Of a stretch of DNA of 64,000 bases, positions 9,944-18,919 are shown in pieces. The notes beneath the pieces were generated by a model, which saw nothing but the letters and a program-made list of their open reading frames with translations, searched no databases and was not told where the DNA came from. The first letter of the stretch is position 1. Every line of letters begins with the position of its first letter. This DNA is from an uncultured Thermoplasmata archaeon (GTDB lineage: Archaea; Thermoplasmatota; Thermoplasmata; RBG-16-68-12), in NCBI GenBank assembly GCA_963768855.1, contig CAVYJM010000007.1:68600-132599 (forward strand). The letters are read 5' to 3'. The position numbers were made by a program, and so were the translations under genes.

Positions 9944-10153
9944 TCAGTCCCGCGCCGGGAGGCGCAGCCGAAGCACGACGAGATCCACAGGCATCCCTTG
10001 GACATCCTCCCGGACGCGGTCATCCACGACGAATCCATGCTGCTGGTAAAAGCCGATCGCTCGCTCGTTGACCGCCTCGGTCTTGACAACGATCGCCCTG
10101 GCCCGAGCGGCGAGTGACCGTTCCTTTGCTTCTTCGAGCAAGGCGCTCCCGCC
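9944..10153 (-). pseudogene. C-terminal half of a GNAT acetyltransferase, 5'-truncated
   Basis: GSALLEEAKERSLAARARAIVVKTEAVNERAIGFYQQHGF gives the end of GNAT motif A plus motif B (N..A..FY...GF). The N-terminal half is missing and replaced by the region upstream of the divergent gene. Confidence 0.65.
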
Positions 10154-10188
10154 GCAAACGCTTATGGTCTCGGTCCGGTTCCGCACCC

Positions 10189-10728
10189 GTGTTGCGGGTC
10201 ATCTGCGTCACCGGGATGCCGGCGGCGGGCAAAGAGGAGTTCCAGAAGGTCGCCGCGGAGGCGGGGTACGTCATCGTGCGGATGGGCGACGTGGTGCGGG
10301 AGGAGGCCCGCCGCCGCGGCCTGCCGATCACGGACGCGTCCGTCGGCGGCATGGCCCACGAGGAGCGACGCATGCACGGGCCGGCCGTGTGGGCCGAGCG
10401 GACGATTCCGCACGTCCGGGCGGAGCGGGTCTGCATCGACGGCTTGCGCAGTCCCGCCGAACTCGCCGTCTTCCGCAAGGCGTTCGGGCCTGGCCTCGTG
10501 GTCTTCGCGGTCCACGCCTCCCCTGAAACGAGATGGGCAAGAGTCCGGAGGCGGCAGCGTGCGGACGATGCGACGACCTGGGAGGAGCTCCACCGCCGCG
10601 ACGAACGGGAGACGGGTTGGGGACTCGAGGACGTCATCGACGCGGCGGACGTCCAGATCGTCAACGAGGGCACGCTCGACGAGTTCTACGCGGCGGTCCG
10701 CAGCGCCCTGAGGAAGCTCGATGGCTAG
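10189..10728 (+). CDS. UPF0200/dephospho-CoA-kinase-like nucleotide kinase-fold protein
   Basis: VICVTGMPAAGKE P-loop, MGDVVREE, CIDGLRSPAE, RRDERE..WGLEDVI..AD..IVNEGTL. Start GTG 10189. Confidence 0.8.
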   Translation: MLRVICVTGMPAAGKEEFQKVAAEAGYVIVRMGDVVREEARRRGLPITDASVGGMAHEERRMHGPAVWAERTIPHVRAERVCIDGLRSPAELAVFRKAFGPGLVVFAVHASPETRWARVRRRQRADDATTWEELHRRDERETGWGLEDVIDAADVQIVNEGTLDEFYAAVRSALRKLDG

Positions 10729-11155
10729 CCTTCCGATTCACTGGATTGTCGCCCGGGCGTACGCCCAGGCCACCGAGGAGGAAGATCGCGTCATCCAAGC
10801 GCTCGAGGCCGCGGTCTCCGGGGGCGTCGGCTCCCGCGACACGCTGGAAGGCCAGTTCGGGAACCCAGTGGTCGTGCTGCGGCGGAGGATCGACCGCTCC
10901 GAGGACCTCCGTTCGACGTGGGAACGGTGGCGCGGGGCCGGGCTCCTGGCGACGCTGAAGGACGATCTCGAGGAACGCCTCGACGACGATGGCGTCCTTC
11001 ACTTCCGGGTCGACAAGCAGTCCGCCTTCGGGGGGACCCTCGCTCCCGCCCGCGGCGCGGACCCCATCGACATCCAGGTGAAGTTGAAGGCCTATCCCGC
11101 CAAGGCGGAGGAAGTCCGCCGGGTGGCGCGGACCCTCCTCGAGGAGGCAGGCTGA
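10721..11155 (+). CDS. DUF54/COG1325 RNA-binding-domain protein
   Basis: ATEEEDRVIQAL, LEGQFGNPV, LHFRVDKQSAF, IQVKLKAYP. Overlaps the upstream gene. Confidence 0.8.
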   Translation: MASLPIHWIVARAYAQATEEEDRVIQALEAAVSGGVGSRDTLEGQFGNPVVVLRRRIDRSEDLRSTWERWRGAGLLATLKDDLEERLDDDGVLHFRVDKQSAFGGTLAPARGADPIDIQVKLKAYPAKAEEVRRVARTLLEEAG

Positions 11156-12319
11156 ATGCGGCTCACTGCCAGGCAGGCCCGGCTGGGCCGGGAGGGGAGC
11201 GCGGCGCAGCGGAAGGCGCTCCAGCTCCTCGTCGCCCTGGGGGACCTCTATGAGGCGGAGCGCCTCGTGCCCGTCACCTCCACCCATGTCTCCGGGGCGT
11301 CGTACAAGCTGATCGGCGATGCCGGCGTCGAGTTCCTTGAGGACTTCGCGAAGGACGCGCGCGTGGCCGTCCCGACGACCGTGAACCCCCTCGGCACGGA
11401 CCTCCAGCAATGGAGGGAGCTCGGCATTCCCGAGGCGTTCGCGGAGCACCAGGCCCGCGTGGCCCGCGCCTACGAAGCCATGGGCGCACGGCCCGTGTAC
11501 TCGTGCACGCCCTACCTGCTCGGGGTCCGCCCCCGGCTCGGCGAGCACGTCGCCTGGTCCGAGTCAAACGCGGTCTGCTTCGCGAACTCGGTCCTGGGCG
11601 CCCGGACGAATCGGGAGGGCGGACCCTCCGCTCTCGCGGCGGCGATCGTCGGGGCGACGCCCGACTACGGGTTGCACCGGGACACCGGCCGCCAGCCCAC
11701 GGTCGTGTTCGACGTGCGGACCAAGCTGGAGGGCATCGGCTTCTCGCTCCTCGGACTTCTGGCAGGCAAAGAGACGGGCGACGGCCTCCCGTACTTCCGT
11801 GGCTTCCGCGCCTCCGAGGAGGACCTCAAGTGGCTCGGCGCGGCGGTCGCCTCGTCCGGCAGCGTCGGGATGTTCCACCTCGAACGGATGACGCCGGAGT
11901 GGCGGCGGGCGAGGACCCGCGGCCTGCCGAAGGTCGTGGTGACCGCTCGGGACCTGAAGGAAGTACAGAAGCACTACACGGATGGCGAGGAGGCGGACCT
12001 CATCGCGCTCGGCTCGCCCCAGCTCTCCGGGGACGAACTTCGGACGATCGCGGCCCTCGTGGACCAAAGTCCCCCGCGAATCCCCGTGTGGGTCTTCACG
12101 AGCCGGGCGGTCCGTGAGGCCTGCCCGGAGGCCGTTGCATCGATCGAGCGGTGCGGGGGCCGCGTCCTCGCGGACACGTGTCTCGAGGTCACCCTGCTCG
12201 AGCACCGGTTCCATACGGTCGCCACGCCTTCCGGCAAGGGGGCCTACTACCTCCCGAGCCTGTGCCGGCAGAAGGTCATCTTGGACGACATCGAGACACT
12301 CCTGGAGCGATACGCATGA
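11156..12319 (+). CDS. Aconitase X catalytic subunit (putative phosphomevalonate dehydratase large subunit)
   Basis: HVSGASYKLIGDAG, PTTVNP, CTPY, AWSESNAVCFANSVLGARTNREGGPSALAAAIVG, IALGSPQLS, DTCLEV, TPSGKGAYYLP. Confidence 0.9.
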   Translation: MRLTARQARLGREGSAAQRKALQLLVALGDLYEAERLVPVTSTHVSGASYKLIGDAGVEFLEDFAKDARVAVPTTVNPLGTDLQQWRELGIPEAFAEHQARVARAYEAMGARPVYSCTPYLLGVRPRLGEHVAWSESNAVCFANSVLGARTNREGGPSALAAAIVGATPDYGLHRDTGRQPTVVFDVRTKLEGIGFSLLGLLAGKETGDGLPYFRGFRASEEDLKWLGAAVASSGSVGMFHLERMTPEWRRARTRGLPKVVVTARDLKEVQKHYTDGEEADLIALGSPQLSGDELRTIAALVDQSPPRIPVWVFTSRAVREACPEAVASIERCGGRVLADTCLEVTLLEHRFHTVATPSGKGAYYLPSLCRQKVILDDIETLLERYA

Positions 12320-13101
12320 GGCTCCCCGCCCGCCGCATCTCCCCGGGCCGGGCCGAGGGGAGGGCCCTCGTAAGCCCTGTGCCCTTCTCGTTCGTCGGCG
12401 GTGCGGACCCGGAGAAGGGGACCGTCCTCGACGAGGCCACCGGCTGCCGCGGGGAGCCGCTCGCGGGGCGGGTGTTCGCGTTCCCGCAGGGGAAGGGGAG
12501 CACGGTGGGCTCCTACGCGATCTACGGGCTCGCGAAACGCGGAATCGGACCCGCCGCGCTCCTGAACGAGCGGGCCGAAGCGATCGTCGCCGCAGGGGCC
12601 ATCCTGGGCGGCGTGCCGATGGTCGACCGCGTGGACCTCGGCGCCTTCGTCACGGGCGACTGGGTGATCGTCGACGCGGACCGAGGGCGCGTTGACCTCC
12701 CGGAGGTCACCCCGCGGCCCGTGGTGAGCGCCTTCCTCCGGAATCGAGGGCGCTTCCTGGTGTTGCGGCGGAGCGATCGCGTGGGCAGCTTCCGGGGACG
12801 GTGGTCCGCGGTCTCCGGCTACATCGAGGGTCGCGAGGATCCGCGGGACCGGGCGGCCCAAGAGATCCGGGAGGAGACGCAAGCCAAGGGCGCGCGCTTC
12901 CGGAAGGCCGCGAATCCGCTGTACACGCGGGATGGCGCGACTGCGTTCATCGTGCACCCGTTCCTCTTCGACGTCCCCTCGCGACGCGTCACGCTCGACT
13001 GGGAGAACCTCGAGCACCGTTGGATTGCGCCGTCCGAGCTCGCGACCCTGGACACGGTTCCCCGGCTGGGAATTGTCTTAGACCGACTTTTGCACGGCTA
13101 G
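12316..13101 (+). CDS. AcnX swivel/small subunit (DUF126) fused to a Nudix hydrolase
   Basis: N-terminal ISPGRAEGRALVS...FPQGKGSTVGSY...AAGAILGGVPMVD (DUF126). C-terminal FLVLRRSDRVGSFRGRWSAVSG with Nudix box GYIEGREDPRDRAAQEIREETQA. ATGA overlap with the large subunit. Confidence 0.88.
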   Translation: MRLPARRISPGRAEGRALVSPVPFSFVGGADPEKGTVLDEATGCRGEPLAGRVFAFPQGKGSTVGSYAIYGLAKRGIGPAALLNERAEAIVAAGAILGGVPMVDRVDLGAFVTGDWVIVDADRGRVDLPEVTPRPVVSAFLRNRGRFLVLRRSDRVGSFRGRWSAVSGYIEGREDPRDRAAQEIREETQAKGARFRKAANPLYTRDGATAFIVHPFLFDVPSRRVTLDWENLEHRWIAPSELATLDTVPRLGIVLDRLLHG

Positions 13102-13146
13102 TACTTGCGCAAAGGTTAAGCAACGCGGCGCGTGCTTGACGGTTCC

Positions 13147-14217
13147 ATGGCAAAGCGGGGTCTCACCGGCAACGAGAAGCACGTCCTGTACGGGCTCGTC
13201 CGGCACCCCGTGCTGAACGACCGCGAGCTCTCGGAACTCTTGAACATCAAGGTGTCCACAGTCACCGCCATCCGCCGTCGCCTCCGGCGCGCGGAGTACT
13301 TCGTCACGCGACGCGTCCCGATGATGCACCGGCTCGGCTGGGAGCTCCTCTACGGCGGCTCGGCGCGCCTGGACCTGACGCAGGGCGGGCAGGTCCTCCC
13401 GCGGCTCCGCGAGATCCTGAAGGACCGTTTCCCCGATCTCTTCCACATCGTCGCCTCGGCCGACCGCCTGTCGTTCCTGGGATTCGCCCGGAACTACACG
13501 GCCGCCCGACAGCAGGTCGACGAGCTCCGCCAGGCCCTGGACCGAGCGAAGCTCCTCGGCGACGCGGATCTGCACCTGACCGCGTTCCCCATGAGCCTCT
13601 CGGCCCTCCCGACGTTCTTCGATTACAGCCACTCCCTCGCCCTCGCCTTCGAGATCGACGACCGCCTCGGCATCAAGCTGGATCGGGCGAAGACCGGGGA
13701 CATCGAGCTCACCCGCAAGGAGACGGAGGTCCTCAAGGGACTCGTGCGGTTCCCTGAGCTGAGCGACAAGGCGCTCGCGCAACGAGTCAAGGTCTCCCGC
13801 CAGGCCGTGTCGAAGATGCGGCGCGAGTTCGAGGGAGAAGGGTTGCTTCGGACGGCCCGTGTGCCCAACCTGCGGCTCCTGGGCTTCGAGCTCTATGTGA
13901 CGGCCTTCGCCCAGTTCCGCCCCTCGGCCCCGCTGAAATCCCGGGCGGATGCTTTCGAACGGCTCCTCCGGACTACGTCCACGTTCTTCCTCATCTCCGA
14001 CGAGTCGGACGCGATCGTCATCGGCACGTCGCTGTCGTACGAGCAGTTCTCGATCCTGAATGTCGGGCTCACGAAGCACTTTCAAGAGCGGGGCTTCCTG
14101 GCCTCCGACCCGGAGATCCACGTCGGGCTGACCGCCTCGACGGAGATCCTACGCAACTGCGAGTTCGGGCCGATCGTCCAGTCCCTCACGGTTCCGGAGC
14201 CGAAGTCGAGCCGATGA
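13147..14217 (+). CDS. Tandem-duplicated winged-HTH (Lrp/AsnC-like) transcriptional regulator
   Basis: Two similar halves: LTGNEKHVLYGLVRHPVLNDRELS...VPMMHRLGWEL and LTRKETEVLKGLVRFPELSDKALA...VPNLRLLGFEL. Confidence 0.75.
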   Translation: MAKRGLTGNEKHVLYGLVRHPVLNDRELSELLNIKVSTVTAIRRRLRRAEYFVTRRVPMMHRLGWELLYGGSARLDLTQGGQVLPRLREILKDRFPDLFHIVASADRLSFLGFARNYTAARQQVDELRQALDRAKLLGDADLHLTAFPMSLSALPTFFDYSHSLALAFEIDDRLGIKLDRAKTGDIELTRKETEVLKGLVRFPELSDKALAQRVKVSRQAVSKMRREFEGEGLLRTARVPNLRLLGFELYVTAFAQFRPSAPLKSRADAFERLLRTTSTFFLISDESDAIVIGTSLSYEQFSILNVGLTKHFQERGFLASDPEIHVGLTASTEILRNCEFGPIVQSLTVPEPKSSR

Positions 14218-17200
14218 CCTGGTCCACCTCGCGCTCCAGAAGCGTGAGCTGGTGGTTCTCGAGCGCGGAAGGGCTCACGGACAACAGGAGGATCCCGTTG
14301 CTGATCGCGACCTGGTCGCGCATGGCCTGCACGAGCCGCAGGACCGTGAGGAAGTTGTTGTTCGTCACCAGGTACTCGATCCCGTCCAGGAGGACGACCC
14401 CCCGCTCGCGGCCGACGAACTGCTCGACGGACAGGGAGAGCTTCTCGAGGTCCTTCGGGCGGATCGCGTCCTCCTTGCCGACGTTGCTCAGCCACAGGAT
14501 GGACAGATCCTCGGCGCCGAAGCGTTCCCGCAGCTTCTGGGGATAGACGCGCGTCACGCACAGACCGCGGAGGCCAGAGGCAGTCGCCTCTTGGAACAGG
14601 CGGTAGACCTCGCCCGGCTGGTCCTCTTCGACCAGGTACGTGGAGGACCCGCGGAGCGGCGCTCGGCCGGTCGCGGCGATCGAACCGGGCTCCGCCTTGG
14701 CGGCGGGCTTCTGGCGCGCGCCACAGGAGGGACACACCTCGGAGCCGGCGAGGATGAAATCTCCGCAGGCGACGCAGGCGGTCCGGGACGCACCCGGGAC
14801 TCCGGGCACAGGGGCGGCCAGGGACAGCCCGCAGACGGGGCAGGAGTCCTCGCCTGGCGGGATCGGGGCGTTGCACCGCGAACAGGTGACCGTCTGGTCC
14901 GTGACGGGCTCCGCGCAGCGCGGGCACCGGCGGGTCCCCCTGGCGAGTGGCGCGCCGCAGACGGGACAGGGGATGAGAGCCTCCGCGGGGGAGGACAGCG
15001 ACTCGACGATCCGGGCCGCATCGCCGGGCTCGAGGCCCTCGATCGCCGCAAGCTCCTGCCGGGAGGCGGCGCGGAGAGCCGCGAGGCTCTTGTATCCTGC
15101 GTCGAAGAGACGCATGGCCTTCCCGGCCGTGACGCCGGGGATGCGCGTGAACTCGCGCAGGGCCTCGGCCATGTGGAGAGGGGTCAGGCCGACCGTCACG
15201 GTCTGACCGCTCACATCGTTCCATTCCACGACGTACTCGGCCTGGACGTCCCGGTCCACGAGGGAGAGGATGCGGGACCGGGTCTCCCGGGCCACCAAGT
15301 CTCTCTGGGAATCGAGCGCGGCAGCCAGGTCGCGGCTCGCCTTGAGCGTCGTGACGACGTAATCGTCCACGTCGAGGTCGATGTCCTTCCGCATCTGCTG
15401 GATTCGACGGATGACCTCGCGCGCGTATCCCTCCGCCTGGATCTCCGGGGTTACGCGCATGTCGATGTAGAGTTCCCCGTGCGGCGTCCGGACCACGGCG
15501 ACGTCTTCCGGCAGTTTGCGGTCGAAGCGGACCATGCTCGGCTCGATCGTGACGATCTGACCCTCGACCCCGATCGAGAAGGAGCCCCTGTCCAACGCGC
15601 GCTTCACCTCGTCGGGCGGACGGCTCTCGAGGATCGAGGCGATCTTGGGCCAGAGAGCGCGGTACGCCTTGCCGATTGACGCGGGATCGGGCTTGAGGAC
15701 GAGCGCGAGGCCGGGGAAATCCTCCTGCGGCTGAAGGACCGCCAGCTCCTTCGCGTTGGACTGCTCCAGGAAGATGGACCGCAGGGTCGTCAAGGCGGAC
15801 GCGGCCCCGGGGGTGAGCCCCTTTCCGGCGATCAGCCGGACGGGCCACCGCAGCTTGCGCCCGCTCTTCTGCCGCTCCTTCGAGACCGCCTCGACGAGCT
15901 CCTGGACGATGGCCATCGACGCCTCGAGGTCCGCGTCGACGCGCTCCGGGTGCGGCTCCGGCCAGTCGAGCATGTGCACGCTGAGCCGGCGTCCGTCCAA
16001 GTGCTGGTACACCGCCTCCGCGATGTGCGGCGTCAGCGGGGCGAGGAGCTTGGCGAGGGTCAGGAGCGTCTCATGGAGGACGTGGTAGGCGGCCAGCTTC
16101 CCTTTGTCGTCCGCGTCGATCCACGTGCGCTCCCGCGCGAGCTTGACGTACCAGCGGGACAGGTCGTCCAGGATGAACGCATCGACCGCGCGGTACGCCC
16201 GGTGCATCGCGTAGGTCTCCATCGCCTTGTCGAAGGCCGCCTTCAGGCCCTCGAGTCGGGAAAGGAGCCAGCGGTCCTCGGGGCGGAGATGGTCGGCGAG
16301 GGATGCCAGGTCGTCCTTCGTCGGGTCGAAGCGGTCGAGGGTCATGTAAGTCGTCGCGAACCGCAGAACGTTCCACAGGATGTTGAGGGTGCGATGGCAC
16401 GTCCGGACGCCCTCCTCCTGGAACGTGATGTCGTCCCAGATCGCGTTGACGGAGACGACGTAGAAGCGCAACGGGTCCACGCCGAACTTGGCGATGACCG
16501 TGGCGGGCTCGATCACGTTCCCCAGGCTCTTGTGCATCTGCCGCCCGTCGGGCCCGTTGACCCACCCGTGCATCAGGACGGCATCGTAGGGCGCCCGGTC
16601 AAAGGCGACCACGCCCGCGGCGAGCTGGGAGTAGAACCAGCCTCGCGTCTGGTCCGGACCCTCGACGATCCACTTCCCGGGCCACCATCGCTTGAACTCG
16701 TCCTCTCGCGACGGGTAGCCGAGGCTCGCCCAGCTCGCCACGCCGCTGTCGAACCACACGTCGAGCACGTCCTTGATGCGGTTCATGTCTCCGCCGCACT
16801 TCTCGCACGGCACGACGACGGCGTCGATCCACGGCCGGTGGAGGTCCATGCCCGGGGTGTAGCCCTTCGCGCGGCGGAGCTCGTCCGAGGAGCCGACCAC
16901 GGTCCAGGCCGCGCACTTCGCGCACCGCCAGATCGGCAGCGGGATGCCCCAGTACCGCTGGCGGGAGAGGCACCAGTCCTTCAGGTTCCGGGTCCAGTCC
17001 GCCTCCCGCGCGGACCCGGCCCAGTCCGGGTACCACTTCACCCGCGCGATCTCCTCGAGCATCCGACCCTTGACGTCCGTCACCTTGAGGAACCACTGGA
17101 CCGTGGCGCGGAACAGGATCGGCGTCTTGCACCGCCAGCAGTGCCCGTAGGAGTGGGTGACCTTGTCCTCCGCGAAGAGGGCATGGAGCGTCTTCAGATC

Positions 17201-18337
17201 CTCGACGATGACCGGGTTCGCCTCGCGCACGTGCATGCCGGCGTAGGCGCCCGCGTCCGCGACGTACCGGCCGCGCTCGTCGACGGGGGAGAAGGTCGGG
17301 ATCCCGAGGCGCTGCCCGAGCTCGAAGTCCTCGGGTCCGTGACCCGGAGCGCTGTGGACGAGGCCCGTCCGCTCCGCCTCGACGATGTCGGAGGGGACGA
17401 CCTTGTGGACCCATTGACCCTGGACGTTCGCCTGGTACGGCACCTTCGGGGCGAGCGGGTTGACGTACGCGGTCCCGAGGAGCTCCGCGCCCTTCGCCTT
17501 CGAGACGACCTCGTAGACCTTCACGCCCCCGAGGGCCATGACCGCCGGGACGGCCGACTCGAGGAGCCAGAGGAACTCGGACCGCTCTCCGTGCGAGACG
17601 CGCACCTTGGCGTACGTGAAGTCGGGATGGGCGGCGATCGCCATGTTCGCGGGGAGCGTCCACGGCGTCGTGGTCCAGATGAGGAGGGACTCGTTCGGCC
17701 GCTCCGCGAGGGGGAACTTGACGTAGACGGACAGGTCCGTCTCGTCCGCGTACTCGACCTCGGCCTCCGCGAGCGCGGTCTCGCATCGGGCGCACCACTG
17801 CAGGGAGCGGAGGGCCTCGTACAGGAGACCGCGCTCGAAGGCCCGCCGGAAGGTCCACCAGGCGCCCTCGATGTACTCGTTCTTGATCGTCATGTACGGG
17901 CGCTCCCAGTCGAGCCAGACGCCGAGGGACTGGAACGCCACGTTCATCTTGCCGAGGAGGTCGACGGAGAAGTCGCGGCAGGCGTTCACGAACTTCTCGA
18001 TCCCGAGCTCCTCGATCTCCTTCTTGTTCGTGATGCCGAGGGTCTTCTCGACCTGGACCTCGATCGGGAGGCCGTGCATGTCGTACCCGGCCTGGTCCCG
18101 CACGTGGTACCCGTGCATCCGCCGCCACCGCACGACCGCGTCCTTCACGGTCTTGTTCAGGACCTGGCCCAGGTGGATCGCGCCGGTCGTGTACGGGGGT
18201 CCGTCCACGAAGTAGTAGTCCTTGTCCTTCTCGCGCGCGGCGACCGTCTTCGCGTACGCCCTCGTGCGCACCCAGAAGTCTTGGACCGATTTCTCCAACT
18301 CGAGGGGCTTGTACTCGCTCTCCGCCTGCTTGATCAT
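14186..18337 (-). CDS. ileS: Isoleucyl-tRNA synthetase with C-terminal HhH, zinc-ribbon and DUF835-like extension
   Basis: DGPPYTTGAIHLGQ (HIGH), WTTTPWTLPAN, GLVHSAPGHGPEDF, WCLSRQRYWG, DVWFDSG, DQTRGWFY, QMHKS (KMSKS-like), AEGYAREVIRRIQQMRK, then ~330 extra aa in the same frame. Confidence 0.96.
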   Translation of the reverse strand: MIKQAESEYKPLELEKSVQDFWVRTRAYAKTVAAREKDKDYYFVDGPPYTTGAIHLGQVLNKTVKDAVVRWRRMHGYHVRDQAGYDMHGLPIEVQVEKTLGITNKKEIEELGIEKFVNACRDFSVDLLGKMNVAFQSLGVWLDWERPYMTIKNEYIEGAWWTFRRAFERGLLYEALRSLQWCARCETALAEAEVEYADETDLSVYVKFPLAERPNESLLIWTTTPWTLPANMAIAAHPDFTYAKVRVSHGERSEFLWLLESAVPAVMALGGVKVYEVVSKAKGAELLGTAYVNPLAPKVPYQANVQGQWVHKVVPSDIVEAERTGLVHSAPGHGPEDFELGQRLGIPTFSPVDERGRYVADAGAYAGMHVREANPVIVEDLKTLHALFAEDKVTHSYGHCWRCKTPILFRATVQWFLKVTDVKGRMLEEIARVKWYPDWAGSAREADWTRNLKDWCLSRQRYWGIPLPIWRCAKCAAWTVVGSSDELRRAKGYTPGMDLHRPWIDAVVVPCEKCGGDMNRIKDVLDVWFDSGVASWASLGYPSREDEFKRWWPGKWIVEGPDQTRGWFYSQLAAGVVAFDRAPYDAVLMHGWVNGPDGRQMHKSLGNVIEPATVIAKFGVDPLRFYVVSVNAIWDDITFQEEGVRTCHRTLNILWNVLRFATTYMTLDRFDPTKDDLASLADHLRPEDRWLLSRLEGLKAAFDKAMETYAMHRAYRAVDAFILDDLSRWYVKLARERTWIDADDKGKLAAYHVLHETLLTLAKLLAPLTPHIAEAVYQHLDGRRLSVHMLDWPEPHPERVDADLEASMAIVQELVEAVSKERQKSGRKLRWPVRLIAGKGLTPGAASALTTLRSIFLEQSNAKELAVLQPQEDFPGLALVLKPDPASIGKAYRALWPKIASILESRPPDEVKRALDRGSFSIGVEGQIVTIEPSMVRFDRKLPEDVAVVRTPHGELYIDMRVTPEIQAEGYAREVIRRIQQMRKDIDLDVDDYVVTTLKASRDLAAALDSQRDLVARETRSRILSLVDRDVQAEYVVEWNDVSGQTVTVGLTPLHMAEALREFTRIPGVTAGKAMRLFDAGYKSLAALRAASRQELAAIEGLEPGDAARIVESLSSPAEALIPCPVCGAPLARGTRRCPRCAEPVTDQTVTCSRCNAPIPPGEDSCPVCGLSLAAPVPGVPGASRTACVACGDFILAGSEVCPSCGARQKPAAKAEPGSIAATGRAPLRGSSTYLVEEDQPGEVYRLFQEATASGLRGLCVTRVYPQKLRERFGAEDLSILWLSNVGKEDAIRPKDLEKLSLSVEQFVGRERGVVLLDGIEYLVTNNNFLTVLRLVQAMRDQVAISNGILLLSVSPSALENHQLTLLEREVDQVIGSTSAPEP

Positions 18338-18458
18338 CGCAGCCCCCTCCCGGGGGAAACGCGGCGCCCGCGGGGCTTTCTCTTCGCACCGCGGAAGCTG
18401 GCGGTCCCATCCGGCAAGCGGTATTAAAACATGTGGAGCCCGCCGTCATCGAGGCGAG

Positions 18459-18533
18459 GGCCGGGAGCGAGATTTGGACTCGCGTCAAGGGATCCACAGT
18501 CCCCTAGCATTACCAGGCTAGCCCATCCCGGCC
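18459..18533 (-). tRNA. tRNA-His (GUG)
   Basis: Reverse complement G-GCCGGGA TG GGCTAGCCTGGTAATGCT A GGGGA CTGTGGA TCCCT TGAC GCGAG TCCAAAT CTCGC TCCCGGC C: cloverleaf, anticodon GTG, encoded G-1, C73, no encoded CCA. Confidence 0.9.
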
Positions 18534-18558
18534 GCGTCGCGCCGATACGAGGGGGCCT

Positions 18559-18825
18559 TTATAGGACTTTGGTCTCGTCATCAAGACGGAGCCGACTCGC
18601 GAAGCCCCAGACCAGTGAGAGCGCGACGAGCACGAGGAGAATCCCGAGGATCATCCCGCCGAGGAAGACGAGGATGTCCTCCGGGAGGAGCCAGGCGCCG
18701 AACCCGGAGACGAACAGGACGACAATCCCCAGCCCGCCCACGCGCACGCTGAGCTTCGCCTTGCGCTGGGACTGCTCCTTCGCCTCCCGCTCCCGCTCCG
18801 CGGCCGTCCCGCGCGGCCTGGCCAT
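18559..18825 (-). CDS. Small two-TM membrane protein
   Basis: 88 aa, charged N-terminus, two hydrophobic helices, GGAGG SD-like site upstream. Confidence 0.65.
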   Translation of the reverse strand: MARPRGTAAEREREAKEQSQRKAKLSVRVGGLGIVVLFVSGFGAWLLPEDILVFLGGMILGILLVLVALSLVWGFASRLRLDDETKVL

Positions 18826-18919
18826 CGCTCCTCCAACCGCCCGCGGTTATTTGACTTCTCCCCCGAGCACACATCGTCCATGCGCAAACGTCAAGTAGCG
18901 CTCCACGAATCGACCGGAC

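Noticed and set aside
16528-16542. IleRS signature variant QMHKS (and HLGQ for HIGH)
   Set aside because: Within the variation I would expect for archaeal-type IleRS signatures. No basis for a functional claim.
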